Assembly: GCA_000934665.2 (NCBI GenBank)
Contig: JYFJ02001101.1
Coordinates: forward strand, 1-64,000
DNA length: 64,000 nt
Source of the DNA: Catajapyx aquilonaris
Lineage: Eukaryota
Reading direction: 5' to 3'
Shown: positions 14,600-26,800 of the stretch, one piece after another
How the letters are laid out: every line of letters starts with the position of its first letter
Position numbering within the stretch: position 1 is the first letter of the stretch
Notes under the pieces: generated by a model
What the model was told of the DNA's origin: nothing
The model's input: only the letters and a program-made list of their open reading frames with translations
Databases searched by the model: none
Made by a program: the position numbers and the translations under genes

Positions 14600-14830
14600 C
14601 AATGTGGGAATATTTTTTGAGTGGGTTGGTGTGCTAATATGTGTGGGCATATTGTGGCTTGTTTTCAGGCAGTAACAATATTATTCCTTAGTGCACTTTG
14701 TGGCTCAGTTTATGATGCGTCCTTATTGCAAGTGCAACCCACCCTTGCGGTGGGTTGATTCATTAGCTTAGCCATGTTGTTTTTGTCTGTCATGTGTAAG
14801 TTAGTCTTGGTGTTATGTAGAGTGCAGTAT
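14600..14830 (-). mobile_element. Possible highly decayed LINE post-RT fragment
   Basis: The minus strand is A/C-rich. With frameshifts it gives LYITPRLTY..TDKNNMAKL..QSALR/IIL..NKPQY, in the order of the YIRPxLTY..KL..Q..ALR.I..P.Y pattern that follows LINE RT domains. It needs several frameshifts and stops; by eye only. Confidence 0.2.
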
Positions 14831-16809
14831 GTGCAGCTTCAAAATATATGGGATAACCCCGCAAGGCATTATAGGATTTGTGGCTGTCTCACCGGTAAAA
14901 ACATGCTACAGTACGTAGGTTCAAAGGAAATGCTATGCAAGAGTGAGTAAAGTACATATTTTTTTACATGACATCATTAATATTATTGAGGTCAAGGCTT
15001 ATTTAAAGTCTAGCGTGAGCAAAAAAATGTAATGTTTCTGCATAATTACCGATGCGAAATAATTGATTTAGTAACGCTGGGTTTCACATAATTTGCTTCA
15101 GGGACTTGGTAATTTTACATAATTTTTACTGATATCGCGGTAGAAACATTAGCCAAGAGCTATCTACAGTAACCACTTTGAAATTGACATTTGCCCTTGT
15201 ACGCTTTAGAAAACGGGATTTTCTATCTCCCTTTTTGCAGCAATTCAGGTCTCCGAGCAGTTAATCTGATAAAGAGACTGCAAAACTTTAATTCCATCCA
15301 GGCTTGGATGGGTCACACTGTTGTGCAGTATTTATTTCACTCCCTGATAGCTATCTGGCCTTCACAGAAATTAATTGCTTCAAACAAGCTCATGGCGAGT
15401 GAGTTACGCTTTGACTTCATTAGCACTGTATCTCATTTCTGCCCTGCTAAGTTTATTAATTTTGTTATCCTGGAAAATTCTACTGTGTGTGCCTGAATTG
15501 GTCTAATACGCCTAATAATAACTCGTATATTCCATGATTTAGTTCAAGCCTTTTAGTGTTCGTATAGCCTAAACTATTCGTTCAAAAAGCTGTTTTAATT
15601 AAACCGAACATTAGTAGCGAAGAGGATTGTGTGCATCCTATACAAGTAAAAAAAATTAAATTGGGAAACAGTAAAATAAGTAGGTACCGGTAATTGAGAA
15701 AAACATTGACGACCATTACATACACTGCCAAAACATGCTTGTAACCTTCATCAATGTAATTATTCGCATAAATAGCATTGTTCCATAATTAAACATGAAT
15801 ATCTGTCCGTACAAGAAACGCACTCCTCCTTTTGATAGGAACATCATGCAGAATTCATATCAGCTATCTAGCTACACTGCTGCTTTCCTTGTTGTTTTTC
15901 TTTGACTGAAGCTTGTTTGCCATGTCATACAGTGCTCTGAAAGCACTTTGTTCTTTCCAGAACGTTCTACTCTCTCAGTTCAGTCCCGCAAAAAAAACGT
16001 GTTTATAAATATTTTAAATTCCATCATCATACCTTTGGAAAAGACTACAATCAAGCAATCCTTTCTAAGTATTGCATAAGTGATAATTGTTAAAGCTTTG
16101 CAACAGCGCGGGTTGCTTTTTCTTGCAGTGATTGCTGGAGCGAACAATCAGCTTCTTTCCTACTTCCGTATCCGGACTCTTCGAGGCAGTGCGTCACCCT
16201 GTATAATATATACCAAGGAGATAGTTAGTCGGCGACTGAGACGTTTTTAAATGTCGATAATCGATAGGGCGATGAGCACCTGGCGCTCCGGTGAGTCGTG
16301 CACCTATTATCCGACGTGGAGTTGGCTAATCCCCCCGGCTCTTTTCAAGGCTTCCAAATTACCCTCAGCTGCCACTGCAGCTCATTTGAGGACAATTCGA
16401 TTTAGTTTCGTCTAGCTCATTATCCTTCCACCCCCACCGTCTCACCTATAAGCTAGACACCCGGCCCCCTCTTCATCAGTCCTTTAATCTCTCAATACTG
16501 GTCTCTCCAGAGAAATCGCAATTTTTCGCCAATTAAAAGAAGCCCCTTATTAGCACTTGTCGCGACTCGTCTCCAATTTTGGCCGAATGTCACCCCTCAC
16601 TGTCGAGTTGTCGTGGGAGGGTTGGGCTGTTGAACATAACACGCCTCTAAGCTTGGAAGGGGAGGAAAGGGAGCCCCGTCGCAATAATCAATGCAAATCC
16701 GACAGGGCAAACATCGTTTCCGGGGCGTTACCGTAGATTTGACGGATGGAATGGCGAGGGAATGATTTCCAGCTCCCCGAAACTCGTTTTCGCAAAGTTT
16801 TTCACCCTA

Positions 16810-16830
16810 CCCCCCCCCCCCCCCCNCCCC
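16810..16830. repeat. Poly-C tract containing an ambiguous base
   Basis: C-run of about 20 nt with N at 16826; its length is probably uncertain in the assembly. Confidence 0.9.
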
Positions 16831-17105
16831 ACTCCCTTGCCTCTCGACAAAGGTTGGCAATTACGGCCTCACTCGATGTCCTTTTTTGGGGGGGCAAAAG
16901 AGAAATTGCAGGGGGTGAAAAGTGTGATTTATAGTTCCCAGGAAGTGTGGAGGTGCCAGTTAAAGGCTTCTACAATTGATGTGACTTCGAGATTTGCATA
17001 CAGACGTCTTGCAGTGTCGGTGACTCACCCTGTAGTCTGCAGCAGGCAAATGCTCTATTCCACAATTGTTATTACTTACAGAGGCATTATAATCAGCGAG
17101 CTGCG

Positions 17106-17121
17106 CACACACACACACACA
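17106..17121. repeat. (CA)8 microsatellite
   Basis: CACACACACACACACA. Confidence 0.85.
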
Positions 17122-17379
17122 TAAAGGTTTACTAAATATTGGCTTGGGATATCAATTAAGCCGAGTTAATTAGGCTAATGCGATTGATTAGCATTTTTTT
17201 ACCAGCGGGTGATGACGAGCGAAAATGAGGGTTTACTGGGTTCAGATGCCAGGCGTCTGTCAATCTACGCACGACATTTCACCCGGCTGCATGCAGACAG
17301 GCAGATGCGTTACTCATTGTCTCGTCACATCATCGCGGTTTGCGGTGCTCTGTACAGGCTGTGGTTTAATGGCGGAAGG

Positions 17380-17475
17380 TGGCCGCTGATTGGTCGCAAA
17401 GCGAGACACCACCTGTGATTGGCTGGAGGGAAGAGAAGCCAGCCGTGATTGTTGTTTGTCAATATCAGCTGAAAA
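17380..17475. promoter_or_regulatory. Candidate cis-regulatory module with phased CCAAT-like boxes and E-boxes
   Basis: TGATTGG at 17387 and 17416 and TGATTGT at 17446 (spacings 29 and 30 bp); E-boxes CACCTG at 17410 and CAGCTG at 17466. Confidence 0.3.
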
Positions 17476-20400
17476 ATAAAGCTGCTCTAGGCGCTTAACC
17501 TGAGAGAAATGCAATTGACTAATTTTCCCCCCAGAGAAACGCATAAAGTTCATACCATGCATACATGTGCCAATAATTTCCAATAATTACGAACAAAAAT
17601 GAACGTTTACTTTTAGTCATGGATCGACAAAACGCGGAACCATTATGCACTTAAGCGCGTGATACATTTCCCCCACTTGTAATTTTTGTGGATTCACACA
17701 GAACGCACATCATTCGGTCCAATTGCATTCATCAGCAATAGGCGCATTGCAGGGCATAATTTATTATTACTGTTTACTTTCAATTTGGTCTGAAGGGGCT
17801 GTTACACACACAGCTTAGATTAGACGAGTATTAGCTATAGAAGTGGGATATGACTTAATTGGTTTTACTGTTGAATTAGGCTAATGTGGCATTATGCATT
17901 ATCATAATTTATAATTTGTCGAATTTTTTGACTGCTGTAAATGCAGGGCACAGTACATCATCCCGACTAGTTCTCAGCTAGACATGCGACTCCAAACAAA
18001 ACTTTTACGTTTACACATAAACGGAAGCAGGATGACGTCGCAGTCTGGACACCCTGTAGCTCTCTGGCAAAGGATCATTTAGCAAGGAAATAAGGTTGGG
18101 GGGATGTCTGCGGAGAGTTTGAAAGGGCCGAAATGGGCTATTATCGTCCATCGTGTCCCTTATCACTACACAAGAGACGGTGTGTGTATCGCCGCTCGTT
18201 TTTCATCGGGCCCCTGATGAATCATGGCACCCCCCATTGGGTTTGGACAATACTTGCCCCTGGATGGAAACCTCTTCTTTCGCTCATTGCCACCGACGTG
18301 TTTTGCCACCCTCACGTGACTAATTAGGCACACAGGCCCGCTGCTTTCTTATCTTCTGGTCTCACCGGGAGAGAAGCAGCTTGGGGGCCTCCTCTTGTTA
18401 TCGTTATCGTTGGGTGCGGCTGTTGACATGTTGTGATGGGCCGCTGTTTGTACTAGTGGCGTGACCCACCTTGCGAATTTCTTTTGGCCTGTTTTTCTAG
18501 AGAGAGAGTTTGCCGAATGTAGGTCGCAAACACAACTGGCGTGGGGTGTTTGGCTACACGCGATTCTTTTTAGTAAGGTAAGGTCAGGAGATGTGGAAGT
18601 AGTGGAAGCCATTTTTTTTTTGCTGCTGCGAGGAGATTGTGGAATAACTGCCCGAGAGCAAGAAAAGGGTAGGGTCATATTAAAGGTTTATGCCCAGATT
18701 TTATTAAGTCGAATAAGACTTGTTGGGATTTTGATCACCACGCCAGTGAGTTTTTATCACAATCGTAAATGCGATTCGATAATATTGTGATTGCTCCATT
18801 TCCTTGTACGAAAAGGGGGCAAAGATGATGGCATTATTGCAATGAGTCCTTTATGTTTTGAGCAGTAAAGGAAGCCACTGTAGGACGTAATAAAGGCTTG
18901 AGAGATCAAGCATTGTAATGCCATGTAAGCTGGTGCCCCCGCCTTATAGTCGGAGAGAAGTTTAAAGTTACAAATCTCTTCTCAGCAGAATAGTGCGAAT
19001 TACAGTATACCCTTTCTAAAGCTTTACGATTGAGTCGCCGCGTTATTATAATTCGCTTTAACCGCATTGCAGCATTTCAGAAGGGTAATTGGGCCTGTTA
19101 AATTATTGTTAAAGGGTACGTCACAGGAGACGCCAGTAATTTTAATTTACGTTTAGTAGTAAGTGTACATTTACTGCACGATTTTGTTCTTATACGGCGA
19201 TACCCTTCGAAAAGTGTCGAGCCCCGATAACAAGCAGTTTCCATCGGTAAAACTGCCGGTAAATCCTTGCCAGCCGCGTGTGTCGCGCAAGCCCACCACC
19301 GGCGGCCCAATAAAGTCGAATTTGGCTGCCACCCCATCCTAATTTGAAAGGCAACTTTTCAGCAGCCATGGAGGGAGACGGGGGGCGCCTAGGTCTATTG
19401 GACCCGTCTCGAAAACCCCCCCAACTATAAAAACTACCATCTCTCTACCCTCCCACCCGCTTTTGCTCATTCCCGGTTCAATGCTTTTCGATCAATAGGG
19501 AAATTAACTTGCTATACTAGTTGGCCCAGGCTCACTGCAAGAAGTTTTGGAAACCTCCTATTAGGTTTCCCTCGGTGCCGATTTCAAATATTGGTCCAAA
19601 GATAGTCGCCCGGCATGCAATAAAGGCTCCAGGCCCAAAGTCATTAACTGTTTACTGTACGGACTTTCCCTTGTTGACCGATCCATTTTCCTCAGCTGCC
19701 TTGCTTTTCATCTCAGGAGTTACCTTTTGATTTATTGGACGTTTATTAACCAGCACTTTTGAACGTTTGCACTAGGTCGACAGTTAACAACCGGTTTCCT
19801 TCTGTCGGCTAGGACAAATTTATGCAGGCTGGGAGACCCAGATTAGGTCTCTGTGCCACCCAGGGTAATGGAAGGCAGTTTTATTCTTATTTCGGAGGTG
19901 TACAGAGCTCCCCTTGAACGTTTGGTCGTAAAGCTGGATGTGGACAGAAACCGTCATAGGTCCTGGAAAAGCCCCCTCTCGTACCTTTTGTGCTATGTGT
20001 GAGAGCGAGTCCAAAGTGTGAGATTAACTCGACCTAATGTTAACACAACTGCAGAAGCGGCCACCGGAATATTATCCGTCGAATTAGCGGGACGTTTCAA
20101 TTATTTTGCAGAGTGTCTGCGAAGGCCGATTTGGTTTATGACCCGCGTTAAATGGGGCTGGATTTTGGGTCGAGCATAGGCCTGGGGAATGCTTATCGCT
20201 CTTGCGCCAAATTGATAATTTTGCGTTTTTTTTGGGTGGGCGTATCGGGTTGTTTACGGGACAGTTTCTCTGTAGGAAATTTATTTATTTCAGCAGAATT
20301 TTGCCTGCGTCTGAAGTGGTAATTTCTGCGTCGTCTCGACCTTGTTCCGGTCCGTTACATGTGGGCCGTACGTTTGCGAAGTACATGACGTGAAAACGGG

Positions 20401-20886
20401 GGCCTTTGCTTGTCCTGGGCCTAAGCGTGAAATAGAACCTGGGACGTTTATGGGCCCCGTGATTGACGTGGCGGGCAAAATAAATTGATGCAGAAAAGCG
20501 TCACGCTCTATACACAATAGACTGCAATCCATCAGTGATGCAGATCCCTTGTAAACTCCTATTAATATCAAGCCCTTGCTAGACATCGGCTCTGGCTTCA
20601 CGCCAAGATGCACATCCTCGCCCTGGGCTTTTCAACGAAACAGATGGCGGCTCCTGGAGCTCTCCACATGAATAATATCCCAGGGTGCTCGGCTGTGCTT
20701 CGTTACAATTTAACGTGGGCGTTTACGGACAAACCCGTTTCGACAGGTCCCTACCCCGTCCTCCTGAAGCGCTATGCAAATTTCACTCCCACAGCTTTAT
20801 TCAAGTGACATTTTTCGCTCATGTCGCCTGCCCTCCCGACGCATTGATTGTCGGGGTCGCTCGTTGGCAAAAGCTGCGGCCCTATA

Positions 20887-20935
20887 CAGGGTGTTTCAGA
20901 ATTTAAATCCTCACATCGCATTCCGACACCCCCTG
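20887..20935. mobile_element. Miniature (49 bp) Tc1/mariner-type MITE remnant, CAGGGnGTGTC family
   Basis: Left end CAGGGTGTTTCAGAAT versus reverse complement of right end CAGGGGGTGTCGGAAT (13/16). TA on both sides (20885-86, 20936-37). Confidence 0.55.
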
Positions 20936-23619
20936 TAGTAGAGATGACACGTGTATCTCCAAAGCTGTACTTAATGCCAGCCGCATCCGTCAATCACACG
21001 GACCTTTTTTTCCGCCCAACCACCACACAAACCTTGATTAGCGCTCATAACGACCGCCCAATTATACTGTTTTATTAATGAACCAGAGATAAATCTCAGC
21101 CGGGTCAATTGTTTGCTTGCCATCAAGTGAGATAGGCTGAGCTGGAAAAACACAGCCCACTCTTGGGATAATTGCCACTGTCAGAGCCCGGGCCACACCG
21201 GCCAGTGTGATATCAGGGAATTATCGACATTGCTGGATTATGGTCCAACCGACGACACTAAAATATGAGCGGAGTGTCACACCGAGTTGGAGGGTATAAC
21301 CCTTTCTAAGCGTGGGGGGAGGGGGAGGGAGGTCAGTGGAAGGAGGATGACCTTTTGGCTTCTAATTAAACGTCTTCATTCCGGTCGACGAGACGTTTTG
21401 GAAATGAATGGTTCTGAACTGAGCAGGCCGGTAATGGAGTTGCTGACACGTGTAAGCCCGCAAAGAGAGGTGATATGGCCAGAACGGTTTGTCAGGTTCA
21501 GTGTGTGTCCCTTCGACAAGGCTGGAAATGTTGGAAAAGGTCAGGTTTCGTTAGGGTAAGATAACCTAACATATCGTGCCCTAACCTGCCCTAACCTATC
21601 CTAACCGAGATGAAAATGCTATTCGCTATTCCAATAGCTGTTACACGACAGCAACAGTGACAAATCGCTGCTACCCAGTTTTGGGGCATATATGTGAAGG
21701 AGGCCTTGGCTCTCGGTTTAATTCCAGTGCCTGCCAGCTCTGAAAGGATTAGTTCGTCTGGTTGCATTGTGTTGCAAGACGTCTCTCGAAAGATCTGTTG
21801 CTGACATAGGACCTCTAATCCTTTGTCAGGCGTGCAATACAACCAGCAGGGGGGGTAGAAGGAGGCCCCCGGAATTACAGTGAAGAAAAGCCAGGTCGAT
21901 GCACCCGTGCTGAAATTGTGTCTGGTCTCCATTCGGGAGGAAATATACATCTGAATATCATCTCCATACTAAAAGGAGGGGGGGTGGGGAGGGTAGGGGT
22001 ACAAGATAACCCTTATTTACAGACGGTAGAGTATGCAAATCGGGCGGCACTTTCTCTGACCTCCCCAATCGAGTTTTGGCCTCGCGTGCCGGAATTAATG
22101 AATTGCAATATTTCCATTTTAATTTTGGATGAAAGGGGGGGGTTTAGTTGGTAATGTGATTCAAATGTAAAGCATCGGGGGCTGCTGGTTCGTGTCGAGC
22201 TTCCACTGTCAACCTTAATGGACGGGGGAGTTGGCCTTATGTCCTCAGCCTAGATCCCAAATTATGTTTGCGTCGGGATTTCTAGCGGGCGCGGGGATGG
22301 TTGCCCTTTAATATTATTTTGGTTATAGCTCATTGCACTCGCGGAATACTGTAAATGCTATATCGACTTTGCAGATATTATCTCCAGGGCCACGGTCTAC
22401 AGTGTTGTAATTATTATTATAAATAATGATTTGTAACGGTACAGTGTACTCTGGATCCTGCAGCACAGCTACAAAGCGACGAGTTGATCCTAAATAATGC
22501 TCCACCAACCGTCATAATCAGTTAAAAGATAAGTCTGAGTTGACTGCCTGAAGGCGTGTTGGACTCGCCATATACACGGTGCATTATATCCCAACTCTGG
22601 CCACCTACTGGGTATAAAAAATTGTCAAGTAGACTATTCGAGGCGCATCCAGGCTGTGCAAAACGCGCCTGTGAATTTCCGGGTCTGCAGCCCATGGGCA
22701 ACATTTGAGTAGATTCCGCGGAGCATGGAAGGCCCTTGTGGTGGAACTGGGCACAAGAAAAGCCCTCATCTAAATATAGTGTGCCTTTGAGGCAAGAGAG
22801 AGGGTGGAAAAGGAGACGACGACACGAGTGGTGGGGTCGACCTTGCTTGTCGCCATCTCGACAAACAACCGCTCGAGCAAAATGAAAGTCCATTTCCACC
22901 CTGCGTAATTGCTCATATCGTGGGAGCACAGGCAGCGTGGGCTTACAGTTTGGAGCGATGTCTTTTGAAGGAAGCAGGGCCAGGGATTGTCATCCAGCAG
23001 ACACAACGCCTTTTCAGGCCCAAGTTGCCTGCTAGAGTCTGTCACTCTAGTGCGGGCTCGTGTTTCTAGCTGGTGGTCGGTTCGGGGGAGAGGCCAACGG
23101 AAACGACAGGAGTCGCTCCCAAATCTAATTAAATTTCCCGCTGTCCATCCGTGATGGTATGTTGATTAGGAGACAAAGAGCGGCCATTGTGGGAACGGAC
23201 ATGTTCCAATGAAAAGGGAACATTGTATGGCATGGAGGGGCCTTTCCCACACAGAGAGAAGCACGTACCCACATTTCAGTTTCATGTTGAAACCATTCAG
23301 CAACTTGGGTCCGGAAAGTGGATCGTGCATTAAGCCGAGAATGGTGACCAACTTATTGTCCGGCCGTGTATGCTAGGCTGGCCGTGTGTGGAGTAATCAC
23401 ATCTGCGGGCAGAGCTCTACACATAACCGCCTTTATTTATAGTAATCAATTTAGGTAATTACTAGAACACATGTATGCGGGTTAGTATGCAGTAATAATG
23501 CAGTTTTTTTTTCAACAAAAACCACACTTTACACAGCCAGTAATATGTGCGTCGGTTAGTAAATTGCTGGGCCGATAGGCGATGGTGATGCTCGTTTCAG
23601 TAAATGCTTTCATATTAGT

Positions 23620-23820
23620 ATTGACTCTTTGAATGCAGCCGGAATCTTCATCTGATATAAACTGTTCATCTTCGCGTGTCTGAGAGTCAGTCATGAACAT
23701 CCTGACAGCATTACACTCAATAAGATGTTCCCGCTCCGTCTGATCCGAGCAGATATTCTTGTCTTCCTCTGATCCCTTCTACCAACAGAGATATACTCTG
23801 CCAACTTCCCAGTCCTTCAT
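23620..23820 (-). mobile_element. Possible decayed non-LTR retrotransposon (LINE) ORF2 C-terminal fragment
   Basis: Extending the 23512-23700 ORF upstream in frame gives MKDWEVGRVYLCW*KGSEEDKNICSDQTEREHLIECNAVRMF. This resembles the ExGRY...CxxC...ExxEHxxxxC...R zinc-knuckle tail of LINE ORF2, but one Cys is missing and there is an in-frame stop. Resemblance by eye only. Confidence 0.3.
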
Positions 23821-26800
23821 ACTGTATATATGGGTCAATATTTAGTAAAGTGACAATGTGATGTCCCAGTGGAGTAAACGCAAAAATACTCATGTTAGCG
23901 TTTCAAGAACAGTACTAATACACTTATGCACATTTGTAAAATTATGCAAATTGGAATTTTATTTCCATATTGCGTAGGTCTGGGATGTGCGCATGCAACA
24001 TTTGATAATAAAAAGTGAAGCTTTAACAGATTTTAAAATTTTAAATCAAAGGTAACTGTAAAGCTTGTGATGAAATGTTGTGACATTACAGACTATTAAT
24101 ACGCATAGTAAGCGAATGTGGGAAATCAATTATGATTGGAAAATAACAACTTTCATTACAGTCCTAAATCTGTCCCTTTAGCAAATATTGACTCACATAC
24201 TACCAGACACAGCAAACGTTTGGTATCCAGTAAATGGAAATTGCCTCCAGAAGTTACCTCTTTCGATGAAGACTAAAATTGGAAATAATGCATATTATTA
24301 TTTGCAAATTTGGTACAAAGGATTAGTTTGTGTCTTTTGGCATTATTCAATGATACAGTAACATACAGGGTCAGAATTTGACAAATCATAATTACAGCAA
24401 TATTTCTGAGTCATTACTTTATTAAAAATGAAGGAATTAAGAGAAACTGCCTCCTTATACCTCCAGCAAGTGGCGTTTCTGCCAGCGATTGTAACTGGAT
24501 TGTAATGAAGTGGTAAATCGTTATGTGGAGACAATGGGTGAACCGCTGAATGGAAACAAAAATTTGCGGTTATAATTCACCCCTGTGGGAATAGGCAGTG
24601 GGGACAAAATCTGGATACTTTTTGTTAGCCCCTCTGACTTCATTTGATTGCAAAAACATGGGGGGATGGGTTCGTTAGTACAGATTTTGTGATGATTTCC
24701 ATGTTTATTTTGCCCATAATATATTCGGCTGCTGCTGCTTTCCATCTCTATTGTGTGCATTTTTTGAATTATGCCAATTGCCAAAATCCAATTCCCGTGT
24801 ATACGATTGCAACACGGTTGTTGCTGCGGATACAGTGGGGTAGGGTAGGCTGATTAAATATTAAAGAGCATTTCCATTACACTCAATCAAGTGGAAATGT
24901 CCTCGTGTTTTGCCACATGATCACGAGGTTACTGGCACGGCGACAAACAAACGTAAATCTAATTAGGATTTGTCAATATTGAACCTTATGGGCCCGGGAG
25001 CCAACCGACACAGGGCGCTAATTCTAACAAGAAGTCAGATCACTGATAAAACCAGAGAAGAGCAATTCCAACAGGCCAGAGAATAAACGATCGTCATTTG
25101 GCCCTGGAAAAGCAGCAAACCCTCCCTAGCAACCTGGTGAGGGATGTGAAGTCGACCAGGACCACAAAGCCCTGTAGCATATCGACGCCATGACGCCATT
25201 TGTCAAGCTTCTCGCAGCAGCCAATAGCGTCGGTAATCTGCAGTTGGGGGGAGGGGGGGAGAGAGAAAACTTTCTGCTGCTAATTTTTTCTGGGGGAAAA
25301 ACCTATCTCTAATAGGACGGGACAAATGTCCGACTCTTATTTGGACGGGGAAGTGTGATCGAGCTTGCAGGGTTGGCTAACAATGCAGGGTTGATTAGGG
25401 CCATCCCGCGGTATCCACATTAAAAAAAAGTGGGACGCACGTAATCGGGGGATAAACAGTACTCGTCACTCTGTTGCATTGGCGTCCAGGACTGACAAGA
25501 TGAATAGAATATTGTCAGTGGCGTTACGGAGAACGACGCGTGGAATTTCGGAAGGAAGGATCCGCGTGAAGCTTTAGTCAGCTTGACGTTATGTTCTCTC
25601 CAAATGAACATGGAGTGAAGCAGAATCGATTTGGCGACAATTATGTGGACTAGATATTATCAATATTGCAGTTTTTTCAGGCTATACGTCTCTTGAAATT
25701 GTATATCTCGCAATAATTACGCGCAATTATTTTCATAAGGACTGCCTGATTTTACGCAAGACTAACAATTTTGGTAAAAATTTACTTTAGCAAATAATAA
25801 ACATACAAGTAGCGTACATATAGAGTTTGGTTAAGTGCTAAAGTTCATCACGTTTATAGTATGAGGTCGTAATGCGCCTGCCTGGCAGACTTACGTGAGA
25901 ACCAGAGTTGTTGAGTGTTTTGCCTCGCGAGTGTTATGGTTCAGACAACGGTGTTTCCTTTAGAGTATTCACCCTCCCAAGATGATGGCCGAAATTAGTT
26001 TTCGCTCCTCACCCTGTATACACACGGAGTGCAGTTAATTATTTCGCTTCTACCGCCATGCAAAACCGAAGAAGTTTAGAGAGAGAAAAAATTGTTTGAA
26101 CCTCGTCTTCTACCTTTTTAGAGGTCCCATCCTCTAAGTGAATTAGGCTACTTGATGAAGTTGCGCCTTGTGAGACTACTAATGAATTCTGCTTACTTCA
26201 CTTACACGCTTCTAATTGGGCGGGAGCAGGAAATGGCCGAAATCCCGGCAGCAGCAAGCATGGCAATCAAGACGCTTCTAGCTGAGGGAGGAAAAGGGAA
26301 AGGGGGCGGATTAGAAATTACTGCAAGTCAAAGCTGCAATCTGCCATTCCGAAGCTACACTTGAAGGCAATCATCAAACCCTCCTCCTTCCTCCTTTTCC
26401 TCAATCGGAGATTTTGAGATAGCCAATTTGTAGCCTGCTCAAAACCGCCAAGCCTCTTTTTTCCACTGTTCTTTGAATTGGAGAGGCAGAATGCACTTGG
26501 CTGGATTTATAGCCCTGTACTAGTGTCACTTGTGTCGGAGTCAACGGCGGCGTTTAAGAGAGGTTTTCGGTGGGGAAAGACTTGCCGTAATGGGCTGACT
26601 CCTGAATGGCCCGCGTATAATGGGCACTGTTTTCTTCAAAGGAGCACCTCTTTGTTTCTTACTGTCGAACCCGTTTGTTGCATCGACTGAAAATCAAACA
26701 CGTGCCTGAGGAACTACTGTAGAATTCGTAAAAAAAAGTGTGGTATTTATTTTCTTCTCTTTCCTATACCCCTCTTTCTCGAGCTCTCTCCTCTAAAACC

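Noticed and set aside
18051..18062. ACCCTGTAG resembling the miR-10/miR-993 5' end (similar short hits near 17027 and, on the minus strand, 46478)
   Set aside because: Only 9-12 nt match and there is no hairpin. It is better explained by chance or by CACCCTGTA MITE ends, so it is not evidence for a Hox cluster.
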